A stretch of 64,000 nt of DNA from contig MU626352.1 of assembly GCA_025603075.1 (NCBI GenBank), forward strand, positions 1 to 64,000, in the 5' to 3' direction. The notes under the pieces were generated by a model, which saw only the letters and a program-made list of their open reading frames with translations, made no database searches and had not been told where the DNA came from. This document shows, piece by piece, positions 1-11,388 of this stretch (position 1 is its first letter; each line of letters begins with the position of its first letter). The position numbers and the translations under genes were made by a program. This DNA is from Neoconidiobolus thromboides FSU 785 (taxonomy: Eukaryota; Fungi; Entomophthoromycota).

Positions 1-406
1 CTCGGCAATATATTTGACATATTCGTCAGATACCATATTGATTTATAAAATTAGTTTCGATTTACTGATTTCAAACTTCACCTTTAAATTTTATTCTGAG
101 TCATATTAATATATTTTATACTTTTATTTCAAATTTTATTACAAATCCTCGTTATAGTAAATACTAATGTGTATACTAACTTTAATTAATTTTTGGGTGG
201 TACAAATGATCTTGGCATAAATTGTTATCATAGTAGTGACACTAAATATAACGAGTTACTATATATGGGCTAGTTTAGACCCAAAATTATCTTTTCATCT
301 CAAATTTTTAGATTAGCCTAGATTTAAATATTGGTCCAGGTCTATTGGTAGCTCTCAGAAAATGTTTCCATTAAAACCTTAATCATAAGTAAAAAGAATA
401 AATACT

Positions 407-513
407 ATATGGGAGTGTTTTTTTTGACTTCATTGTTTTTTCCACTTTTTAAGCGCTATTTAAGTAGAAAGATTATTAATAAAATTCTTAAACACAAAAA
501 TACATCCCCATAT
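407..513 (+). mobile_element. ~105-bp MITE family, copy 1 (coordinates include TSDs; + = short arm first)
   Basis: ATAT|GGGAGTG...ACATCCCC|ATAT; internal palindrome TTTTCCAC..AAGCGCT..GTAGAAA; homologous to 17 other copies. Confidence 0.9.
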
Positions 514-727
514 TATATAAATTCAGCATTTATATATTTCAAAGCTAAGATTATGATGATATTATGAAATTTAATAATTTTGGAATAGTGAATACCTTTT
601 TGGTCTTGCTTTTCAAAGTTAGCCTTGACGATATTTTCTAACACACTTGACTTAAAGCCATTTTTATAAGATTAGTTAGAAACAATCAGAGTTTATTTAT
701 CAGAAAATTTTTATCAAAACTTCTGGC

Positions 728-834
728 ATATGGGAGTGTTTTTTTTGACTTCATTATTTTTTCCATTTTTTAAGCACTATTTAAGCGGAAAATTTGTTAG
801 TAAAATTCTTAAACACAAAAATACATCCCCATAT
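728..834 (+). mobile_element. ~105-bp MITE, copy 2
   Basis: ATAT|GGGAGTG...ACATCCCC|ATAT; same GGGAGTG subfamily as copies 1 and 7. Confidence 0.9.
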
Positions 835-1645
835 TTTTTCTTATTAGTTTTAAAAAATTAGTTTTTCTTTAAAACCAGCTTATACTGAAGAGCCTTAAGA
901 AGCTTGTTACTAAAGCTTTTTAGCATCTAGAAGTTATAAAAATAATCTTGGAAAGCATTTTTTATATAAATCTTAAGATTATTAATGAGATATAGGTTTT
1001 AAAAATTATAGTTTTTTTACTTTGAAAATGTTTCTGATAAATTTCTTGCTGTAATTGCTTATTATTTAAGATTTTAAGTTATATGTTCAATCTTGTCTTT
1101 TATTGATGTTTATTATACCTTTTATATTAGATAAAGTCTTTTTATAGTTTTTAAAAATAAAAGCTATTACAACAAAGCAAAGTGTACTAATAACAATTTG
1201 ATAGCTTTTTACTTATATATCAAAACTTTATAAAAGCTTAAGACACAAAATTTATAAGCTTTTGGCATATAGGCAAAAGTTATTAAACTATTCTGAATAC
1301 TTTCTATTAACCTTGTGAAGTAAAGCTTTTATAGAACTAAAGCATTTGGCTTCTTAGTAGCAATAAATTATAAAAAAATTAACAGTAAATCTTGCTTAAG
1401 AGTTTATACTAAAAAATATCAAATAATACATAAAATTATTTTATTTTTGATCAAAGCATACTTAGTATAATTGTTAATTAAAGTTGAAATTGAAAAGTTT
1501 GGATAATCTTGCTAAGCATTGTAGCATCTACATTCTCATTTTTAAAAGCACAAGAATTAGACTGATCAAGCTTATTTGAGTTAACTTTAATAGAAAATGT
1601 TGCCTCACTGTTTCCTAAAAGGATGGTTAATTTATTAATGCTATA

Positions 1646-2702
1646 TCAATGGTACATTGACATACCTTCATCATCTACTCCATCTTGAAATTTATTTCTT
1701 GTAATAATTTTCAAATATATTTTTCTAAACCCAGAACATATACTTGGATTAAGGAAAAAGACAACAAAATTGAATGTTCCTAATATACCACTAGTAAAAT
1801 ACGTTAAAATGTCAAATTCTGGGGATGTAATGTCAACAAGATCGAAAGCTGCTTGCTTTATTACTAATCCAGATTGAGAAGTTATCATTAATATAATATA
1901 TAGTAAACTAAAAAAAATAGTTATTACAATAAATATTATTTTTAAAATTGAATACATTCTAAAATACATAATCTTCACACAGTTGAGCGCTTCTATAGAA
2001 GCTCTTACTCCACGAAACAACCTGAAATTTTGCACCTTTTCCGCCTGCATACTTAATTTTACTACAACCAAGATTACAGTTACTGATAGATAAAGTATAG
2101 AAACTATTGTGACCATGATACTAGTAAAGAAATCGAATGTTTTAGAATTGTTTATATCATTGATTGCAAGATAGCATTTGTTGAACTTATTATATTCAGA
2201 CATTTCTTTTGTTATATAAAATAAATTAATATCAACCTACAAGCGTCCTAAAGTAATATTGTACCAAGTGGTAGAATGATGATTATTAGTGGAATTAAAA
2301 TAGATACTATTCAGTATACTACTTCGATTCTTTTTATTATAGTAGTATCATGCACGAATACTAATTATAAGTTGACTCCAATAGTTACATTAGGAAAAGC
2401 ATAAAGCAAAAGATAAGCCAATAGATGGTAACCAATTAATATATATAATGAGAATCCATCATAGTAAGATGGACGAATCCACAAAATACTAGTATGCAAT
2501 CTCAAAGTTACTCTGTTAACTAATATGCAATTATTAACATTGGTATAGTTGGTTACTTAGTATAAAGTTTACGATACTTACTTAATATAATCATAATTGA
2601 TACAGCTGTAATAGCTAATATTAGTGACATTTTGACCATTTGTAAGTAGGTGGTCATTTTATCAAAATAATCTCTATACTTGTCAATACACATATTGACC
2701 AT
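1646..2702 (-). pseudogene. 7TM GPCR-like (Git3/cAMP-receptor-like) membrane protein, disrupted
   Basis: Hydrophobic segments throughout; intron ~2520-2581 joins MSLILAITAVSIMIIL to NRVTLRL; three in-frame stops (2365-2367 TAA in VNL*LVFVH, 2311-2313 TGA, 2248-2250 TAG) upstream of the intact 3' ORF 1646-2203. Confidence 0.6.
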
Positions 2703-4935
2703 AAAAGCAATCTGAATTCTTGATGTTCATATTTATGTTTCAATTGATGCATAACTTTTGCTTTATTATTTCTAAATTATTTTATTACATTTTTTATTTA
2801 CTATCCAATTTGAAATAAATAGGCTTTACATCTAACTTAGTAATAAAAATTGTTTTCCGTAAATTGGTTTATAATAAAGGTGACATTAAGATTAAGTTTG
2901 TTTATATTATTGAACTGAAATTTGATCTCTAGTAAATACTAGGCTATTTTATAAGAGTTAAATATATTTATATCTATTATAAGATAACGTTTTGGCTTTA
3001 TACCAAATATTCAACACTTATTATAGTCAAAAGATAGCAATAACAAGTTTTCTTTGCATTAAAGTTAAAAATAATAGATTTTGGTAAAAACACATAATAG
3101 AATATTTACTCGTTAAATTTTTTAACTCCTTGAGTACTAAGTGTTTTGAAAAAGTCCGCTTTTGAAACAGAATTTTTTGATTAAAACTTAGTTCTGGAAA
3201 ATTAAATTGACTAATAAAATGAATTGGAAATTTAAAAAATACAAACAAATTAAAAGAAAGTAATATCTTGTTTGAAAAATCTACAATTTTTTCTACCCAA
3301 TAGCATTTAAATAAATAAATAATAAAGCTAAAAAAGTGTATATATAAATTATAAAAGTTAAAATTTAATACGTTATTTAAAACAAAATGTAAATTATTAT
3401 AGTATTTTATTTAAGGTATTTGTTAAAACTATAATAAAAACGGGGTAATAAATAAAATTCAATTTTTACACCATTATAATTGAATTTATAAAAATGAGTA
3501 GCGTAAATTTGAAGGTGTAAATCACTATGAACACCCAAACCCTTTGCCCAATCGCTATCAGCTATCCAAAAACCGTTAGCAACTGGACAAATAATTCACA
3601 TGTCTAGTGGTTCATGCTTCAAATCTACATTGCCCATTATTTTGGAAAATACATTGATAAATCAGTAATTTATAATTACTGGGTAAACGAATTATTCAGT
3701 ATTAATAGCTTTGTTTAAAAAAGTCAAGGTTAATAGAAAATGACAACATAAAAAGGGAAATAGTATGCATGGTGTGCTAAATTTATAAGTTGCCTTAACT
3801 TTAATTATGTTAAATTTGTTTATTGTCTTATTTTTAATTGGTTAAATGATTAACCTCTGCTAAAATTATTTTATTCTTAATTTATCATTGCACAGCGAAG
3901 TAATGAATTATGGATAAAATATCAAATTTATGACATTAAAATGAGCTGATGTTTAATTTAAAAAGTATTTTCCCGCATAGCACCCGATTGGTTTCTTGCA
4001 AAATTTTATAAAAGTATTTCAAAAGAGATATTCCAAAATAAGAGTAAAACGGGTGACTTGGCGGATAACAAGCTGCATAAATTTTCTATATAAATCAAAT
4101 TAATATATTTTTTCGTAAATCAGGAAGAATAAATTAACCTAATATTATGCTTAATTGTATTCCAGTTTATTTTTATTTTATTTGAAAATGGAAGTAAATG
4201 TTCATTAAAGCATATCGTTACTCATTGAATTATGAATGAAGAGCAAGGTGCCATTTTCATTGATATCATAGTGCAACGATATTGGGATGCTTGTTCTGTA
4301 TTTAATACTAAATTTGAACTGTAATAGATTGGGGTGATCGCTAAAATATATTCTATTCTTCATGGTACAAAAAAAGCTGATAGGGGATTAATATTACCCA
4401 CAACATTATTAATAGATCACCCATATCATGTTTGATGATTAATCGAAAAAATCAGAACAAAAATATTTTTATTTTAGGAATATAATCATAAGAAGTTATT
4501 AATCTAATGTGGAATTATAAATCTTGTTTATTAAAACTTGAAATAAGAATAGAACAATACAGGCTTATTCTTAAACAATATAATAGTCACCTTAATTAAT
4601 TAAGTAAATATAAAATTGTGCTGTTAAATAAAAAGTATACTTTTATGGACATTTTTTTAAATCAAAATAATAATTCAAACTTCTTTTTTTTACAGTTATA
4701 AAAAATAACTTTTAAGCACCAAAATTAAATAAATAAATATGGGTTTCGTATTTGCTTACATATTTAGTCCTATTAAATTGATTTATTCTAGATTTTATAC
4801 TATTTTATGATTTTTTAGAAAAGTATAAATACACTTAATTTTACAATCAAAATCTATTTAAAATCAAAATTTATTTATTGATATTATATATCATTGAATA
4901 CATATTAAAAATTGAAAAGATACACAAATTTCATT

Positions 4936-5613
4936 ATGACTGTATTACTTGGAAATAATCATAGAAATAATATTTTAAATAAAGGCGACATACGTAGGGA
5001 TGCATATAGGAGTAGATATAATAAAATTCATAAAATAAACTCAAGGATAGTAACAATTAAAGATATTGAAAAAATACCTGATTACTATAAAATAGAGTTC
5101 ATAAATCGTGTAGTAAGCCATCATAGTGGAAAAAGTAATATAGGATTATATAAAGCAATATTCAAACATTTCAACATTGAAGGCAGTTTTTTTTTAATTG
5201 CCTTAAACTATTTTTTAAGATTAATAAGTAAAAAAAGTCCATTATTTCTCGAATATAGTGGCGATACAGTATTTATTGTATGTTTAATATTAGCCTTTAC
5301 ATGGATGGAAGATATCCCTTATCAACTTGAAGCATGGGGTAATGTAACTCACTTAGAACATAGTCTTTTAATAAAATTAAAATCAAGAGTTTTAATGGAA
5401 TTGAATTACTCCTTAGGCGTGAATGAAGTTTATAACTGTTGGGAAGGTCTCTTTTTAAAATTCACCAATTTTTGGATAAATAAGCAAAAGTATTTGTTAC
5501 AATTAGCTTATAATGAGGATAATAAGGAGAAAATTAATGCTACTTTAGAAAAGCTAACTTGTAAATTGACACTCACTTTCTCAATCCCTAAAAATCATTT
5601 TTTATTTATTTAG
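4936..5613 (+). CDS. PCL/Pho80-family cyclin-like protein (intronless, divergent)
   Basis: Cyclin-box pattern FLIALNYFLRL...VFIVCLILAFTWMED...AW...RVLMELNYSL; first ATG at 4936 (the ORF track starts at a TTG); paralog at 49879. Confidence 0.75.
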   Translation: MTVLLGNNHRNNILNKGDIRRDAYRSRYNKIHKINSRIVTIKDIEKIPDYYKIEFINRVVSHHSGKSNIGLYKAIFKHFNIEGSFFLIALNYFLRLISKKSPLFLEYSGDTVFIVCLILAFTWMEDIPYQLEAWGNVTHLEHSLLIKLKSRVLMELNYSLGVNEVYNCWEGLFLKFTNFWINKQKYLLQLAYNEDNKEKINATLEKLTCKLTLTFSIPKNHFLFI

Positions 5614-8600
5614 TATCCCCCTTACTTTATTGTAATTGGCTCGCTCTTTTTAATGTTTTTGTTGTTTTTTATTTAAATAAAAGTTCCTTTATTAAACACA
5701 ACTTTTTTATTTAATGTTGTACATCCATTATAAATTGACTATTAATTTTATCATTTATAACCCCATTTTTAACATTAATTTTCTTCTACAATAATTTTTT
5801 TTACTAAATCACCCCCATCTTGTTTTGTTTGATCAAATTTGATCAACTATAACTCAAACACGTAATTATAGAAAAATTATAAAAAATTATATCAGGCACA
5901 ATGAGTTTTCTAATTAACCCACACTCACTCCTTAAACTAACTGTTTACAAATAAAGATAGACTTTAAGCATATTGTAAAGAAAATGATGTATAAAGTATT
6001 TAAATGAGTTTTCAGTTAAATACTTATGTTGTTTAAAATATCCACAAATTATAAAGGAACGGGTTATCCAATCAATGATGAACTGTAATTCCCTAACTAC
6101 TTCTCATTTTGTTATTTAAATATAAACTTTTGTGATTGACTCTTCAATTTATCCGATTTTTAATGGAATTAATTTAATTACGATCTAACTCTTGATTGGA
6201 TAAAAAATTAACCCAGTTAATATCTTTTAAAAATAGCTTATTATCTCCTAAACCTTCTTATGAAAATATACATTAGTAAATACTTAGCCTCTATTTAATA
6301 TTGTACGTTTTGTGTATTTTTTATGACACCTAAATTTAATATGACATTTAGTAAATTATTTTATTTCCTTATGTAAATTGTTGACTAAATTATCAATATA
6401 TTTAACTGTTATAAGTAAAATGTGATATGTTGTATTGATTTTATTAAAAATGAGATGAATATCTATAAGTAATCATAGATTATTTCAAGTTTAATGATCT
6501 CATGGTCGTTATTAAATATAATAAAATAAAGCGTGAACAATGTTTTTTAAAGCATAATAAAGGACCACAGATTTAATTAAAGATGTAATTATTATTTGCT
6601 AAAGTTTGTGAACATATAAAGTTATAAAATGTTTTTATTTTTATAAAACTTGCTTCATAGTGACATGTTTAATTATTAAGTGAATTAGCCAATAGTAAAG
6701 TTGCACTTTTTTATAAATAGATTCATATTGCTCCTATTTATTACCGTATTTTTTTATAGTCAAGTTGAAAATGTAATAGCTAATTACAAACCATAATCTA
6801 AAATAAACAGTAATGAAATATAAACAAAATCATAAAGTTGTTTCTTAGCCAATAAAGAAATTTAGAATCTTTTTTATGGTTGGATAAATAGAAAGGGAGG
6901 AACATAGGTATAATTAGTAATAGTTATAAAATAGATACATATTCGAATCAATTCAATGTTTAATATATATATTATATTATAAAATATATGCGAATATACA
7001 TGTTTAGGTTCTTTATTTTAGGAATACGTACCTCTATATTTAATGATTTATTAATTTGTTTATTACTTATTACATATTTATTGATCGCATCATAAATCCA
7101 TTAATATATGCTGATGTCTTTCATTGTATTATTCTTTTATATCAGAACTATCAATTAAACAAACATAACCTTATATTCTATTTTTATATTACTTACATAT
7201 GTTATATCTAGATTTATTTACTTTAATAATAAGTTAAAAATATTGCAAAGAAGGTTATAGAATAAGTAATCTAATACTATATTATTCTGTTATTGAATTA
7301 CATACCTAATAAATTATAAAGTGTATTGATAATTCAATAATAAGAGATTTGATCAAAGAGTGATGAATGAATATAGGCATTAATTAACAAAACTTAGACT
7401 ACTTTAAATGGGAATTAAATATGTTTTTATCCTTTTGTTTTCTATTTCTAACCTTTAAGCTTTTTTATTTTGAAAACAAAGCTTTTAACACTAATTTATA
7501 CACTATTATTAGATATCCCCCCTTAAAAATTGAGTTGCTTTTTACATAATTTATTCTTAACTTCTTTCATATCATTTTTTTTTATCAATTATAAACCCAA
7601 TCAATTTTTCAGTAGTTTGCTTATGGAACTAAAATTGAAAGGGGGATGCTGAAAACATAAATTGTATAAATTAGAGATTTCAAATTTGCCGCGTTTAGTG
7701 GCATAATATAAAACTTTAGCGATTTATGCAATTAAATAACAAATATGGCAGCAGCGACATTTAAAGCAACCTAATCATTTTTTATAGTTAAAATCCTCTT
7801 TTATATTTTTGTTCCCTTATTAATTCCATCATTTTTTGAGTTTGTCTTAGCCATACGCTTAAAAATAGTATAAGAAATTTTTATGGTTTTTTTTAACTTT
7901 TCAGTTTTTAAGATGATTCCCTCTTTTTGTTTCAATAGTCAAGTATCTATAAATTGATTGGTTCTTTCAAGGTTTAATAACAAAATATTCAAAAGTATTT
8001 CTTAATATAGAAATAAACTTTATGATCCTTTCCTATTAATGTATACTTACTTTAAAATCCCATTTTTCCATGAATAAATTACTTTATAACATCATTTTAA
8101 ACTGGTATATCCGTATTAAGGTTATGTTTTTGGACAAAAATTAATTCAATTGAATTAAGTCTCCTCTTTTTTTTCAATACTCATTTTTTGCGCAAATTGA
8201 CCAGTCATAAACTTTTAACCTAGTACACTGTTTCAAATATTATTATTTCATAAGTGTAACTATAATTACTTTTTCATCATTTTTCATTAACTAATTAATT
8301 AAGACCCTTTTACATTTACTCATTAAAATGACTAAGGAACAGAATTTATTAGAATCCTTCTCCACCTTCAAATGCTTAACTTCATCCATAAAAAAGCTAT
8401 TCGCTAAATAAATACTTGTATTTTTTTTCAATGTTTTTGTAGAAACAACTTTGAGTTAACAGTTCCCTAATTAAGGTTTGATAAAAGAAATGGAAAATAA
8501 TATGTTTCTATTTATATTACTTCCAATCATGTAAAAAAGTGAGATTCCCCATTGCTTAGAATATTTAACTATTTTCCAAGAAATTGCTAAATTTTATTGG

Positions 8601-9279
8601 GTGCAGTACTTTAACTCTAAAGTATAATAGGAATAGATTTCATTAGGCTTTAGAATAATGTTTTTAAAGTAAATTTCCTTTATAAATACTATTCCAATGA
8701 TAAAAATTCCATTGTTTTGTTTGCCAATTTAATCGTGCGATTTAAGAAGAATTGCAATTAATCTAAAGCCTAAAATCCATTAAATCATCTTACAGATTTT
8801 ATTTTATCAAATGATCTTTTTACAAAAACTTGGCGAATAGCTTTTTAAAGGAATTGTACATTTTATTGATGTTAATTAAAAAGCTTAGTTATGTTCAAGT
8901 ACAGTGTTTTAGACCAATACTTTTTCTTGATGTTATTGGCACACTTTTTCAAGTATGTGGCAAGTTTTCGAGCTATTAAAAGCAATCATTTTTAAAGAAA
9001 TAACAAAAGATATTTTATAGAAATTCATCTGTTTAATTCAATTTTTCCATAACTTAGATAATTAGAAAGCTTTTAATTAAATCAAAATTGTGTGAGTTTT
9101 TTATTTTAATTTTTATGTAAAATAAAGTTTTGTTATAAAATAAAATTAGCTTGTAATAAGTTAAAATACTTCTTAAAATCAAACTTAATTTTAGTCTGTC
9201 AATACAACCTTTAGAAACAAACAAATTCTTAATAATCAAATGTTTAACATCATTCTATTTTAAATTTTTAAATTTCAAT

Positions 9280-9385
9280 ATATGGGGATGGATTTTTTTT
9301 GTTTAAGAATCTTATTAATAATTTTTCCACTCAAATAGCGCTTAAAAATGGAAAAAATCGTGAAACCAAAAAACACTCTTAATAT
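9280..9385 (-). mobile_element. ~105-bp MITE, copy 3
   Basis: ATAT|GGGGATGG...AAACACTCTTA|ATAT; reverse orientation. Confidence 0.88.
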
Positions 9386-9409
9386 TATTTTTAAATTATT
9401 AAATTGAAT

Positions 9410-9508
9410 ATATGAGGATATTTTTTGGTTTCACGATTTTTTCCATTTTTAAGCGCTATTTGAGTGGAAAAATTATTAATGAAATTCTTAAAAAATACAT
9501 CCACATAT
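9410..9508 (+). mobile_element. ~105-bp MITE, copy 4
   Basis: ATAT|GAGGATA...ACATCCAC|ATAT; inverted partner of copy 3. Confidence 0.88.
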
Positions 9509-9678
9509 AATTATGAGTATTTATTTTTGATTTTGTAAAATTAAATTTAATAACCTATTCAAATATAGAAACTTATATTATAAATATGTTAATGAGATAT
9601 TAAAAATATTAGCTATTTTTCAAGTATTCAACTATTTAGTTTAAAATAAAAGGGTAAAATTAATTAAAAATTCATTTT

Positions 9679-9785
9679 ATATGGGGATGTTTTTTTTGGC
9701 ATCATCATTTTTTCCATCTTTTAAGCGCTATTTGAGTGGAAAGATTATTAATAAGATTCTTAAACAAAAAAATCCATCCCCATGT
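9679..9785 (+). mobile_element. ~105-bp MITE, copy 5
   Basis: ATAT|GGGGATG...CATCCCC|ATGT. Confidence 0.9.
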
Positions 9786-10247
9786 ATTAAATTTTATTTA
9801 GAACTTATTGAAATAATATATTTTTTTATTAATATTAATTTTTGTAATAATTTTATTGTTTTTTCAGTGAGCTATATAAAAGAGTAAAAATACTTACAAA
9901 ACTATTTTAAATGAATTTTATATTCTGTTCTAGATGTGACTGTACTTTTTAATTTAAAAAAGATTGATAAAAAAATAATATATCATATAAACTATTAAAA
10001 AACAAAAGTGTGAATTCCAATTCAATTAAATAAATCAATTAATTCGACTAAATACCAATAAGGGACAATAACAAAGTATAACAAACACGAACACTTAATT
10101 CATATAAACAAAATAAAGATCAATCAAATAATAACGTCAAATACTAATCTTTAATCTATAAAAATCATATATTGACTTAATAAATTTACATAACAATACC
10201 AAGCTAAAAAAGGAAAGTAATTAATACCTCATTATTTCAAAAAAAAA

Positions 10248-10988
10248 CTAAAGTAAACTTACATAATTGGATGGAGCTAATCCAACTGTACCATCTACTT
10301 TTAATACTTTCCACCAATTACCATCTGAATTTAATACCTCCATCAATTCATTTTTAACAAAAGAAATTTCTTCAGCAGCAGCGGCATCATAAGGATAATG
10401 GGCTCTAACATGGATAACCCTATCCGTATCATTACTCCTCTCTTCATCACTAATAGAAACATTAGTACCCAGATATAATTCCTTTAAGCCCAAATTTTCT
10501 AATTGTAAACTGTTATCAAAAATGAGGTCGTCATGTTGACCTGATAAATAAAAAGCTAAAGTACCCGGTTCAGAAGCTATTAATATAATCCAAAATAAAT
10601 TTAATATAAATTGAATAACAGAACCACAAAATATTAGTGCTATAAAAGACAATGTTTCTTGACTATTTTGAATAGTAGTTCCAAGTAACATATTCATTAT
10701 ACTTAATTGAAACACTAACTGATGTTTATATGACTTGATTTGGTTTGTATTAACTACATAGATCACATGACAAATTAAGGTAATTGAAAATAAAATATAC
10801 ATCCAGATGTATGTATTTAATCGAATACCTGCTGCGCCTATCAACATACATAACCAACCTATCTATTCGAATAATAAAAAAGGTTAAATATTTCAATTTA
10901 TAACATTTTAAAAATAAAGGCTTACAATACCAAGTAAAAAGGAAAAGGTCCAAACAATATCGGAAAATGTAGTGGGTAGCCAAGGCAT
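10248..10988 (-). CDS. SHO1: Sho1-type osmosensor: N-terminal TM helices and C-terminal SH3 domain
   Basis: Exon 1 10926-10988 (MPWLPTTFSDIVWTFSFLLGI), intron 10863-10925, exon 2 IGWLCMLIG...FWIILIASEP; SH3 motifs RAHYPYDA..EISFVKNELMEVL..GNWWKV..GLAPSNYV. Confidence 0.85.
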
Positions 10989-11388
10989 AATAAATGTTTA
11001 TTATTATTATTTGTTTTAATAAATAAAGATATTAATTATTGAACTTTTTATTAAAAAGTTAAAAGTTGAAGAGATATTATATTATGTTAAATTTAAATTT
11101 AAAATTCAAGATAAGAAATATTTATTAGTGAATTTATTAAAATTTAATTCTAAATTTAGTGGCTCACCAACTTTGTTATCAATCAAAAATTGCAAAATTC
11201 AGTTATTAAACTTTAACCTTGATAGAATAGATTTTGCAATATGATTAAATTTTTAGATTAAATTAAAGTGTCAAGTTGAGATATTATCAGTTTTTATTTT
11301 TTTTTAAAAATTAAAATTCATTTATTCATTCCTTTAACTTATCTTTATTATCACAAAACTTGATTAACAATAATTTAATTATCCCAAT

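Noticed and set aside
407-834. MITE copies as a CRISPR-like repeat-spacer array or Pol III SINE
   Set aside because: Copies are dispersed, in both orientations, irregularly spaced and TSD-flanked; no cas genes, A/B boxes or poly(A) tail.
3527-3740. GC-richer patch reading MNTQTLCPIAISYPKTVSNWTNNSHV*WFMLQIYIAHYFGKY...
   Set aside because: Only 26 codons before a stop; possibly a pseudogene fragment, but I cannot assign a family.
7514-7650. ATCCCCCCTT...AAGGGGGAT inverted pair as another MITE
   Set aside because: The match is short and imperfect, with no convincing TSD or second copy.
8328-8700. Decayed ORF-like text (DSPLLRIFNYFPRNC*ILLGAVL*L*SII); similar patches at ~16030-16250, ~21720-21990, ~29100-29640, ~42600-42840, ~52180-52400 and ~62720-62900
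   Set aside because: They look like eroded coding or TE remnants, but none can be assigned to a family by eye.
9681-9887. ORF-track peptides 9681-9887, 30722-30907 and 52748-52945 as ordinary genes
   Set aside because: They are translations of MITE copies running into flanking DNA; treated as a hypothesis under findings, not as CDS.
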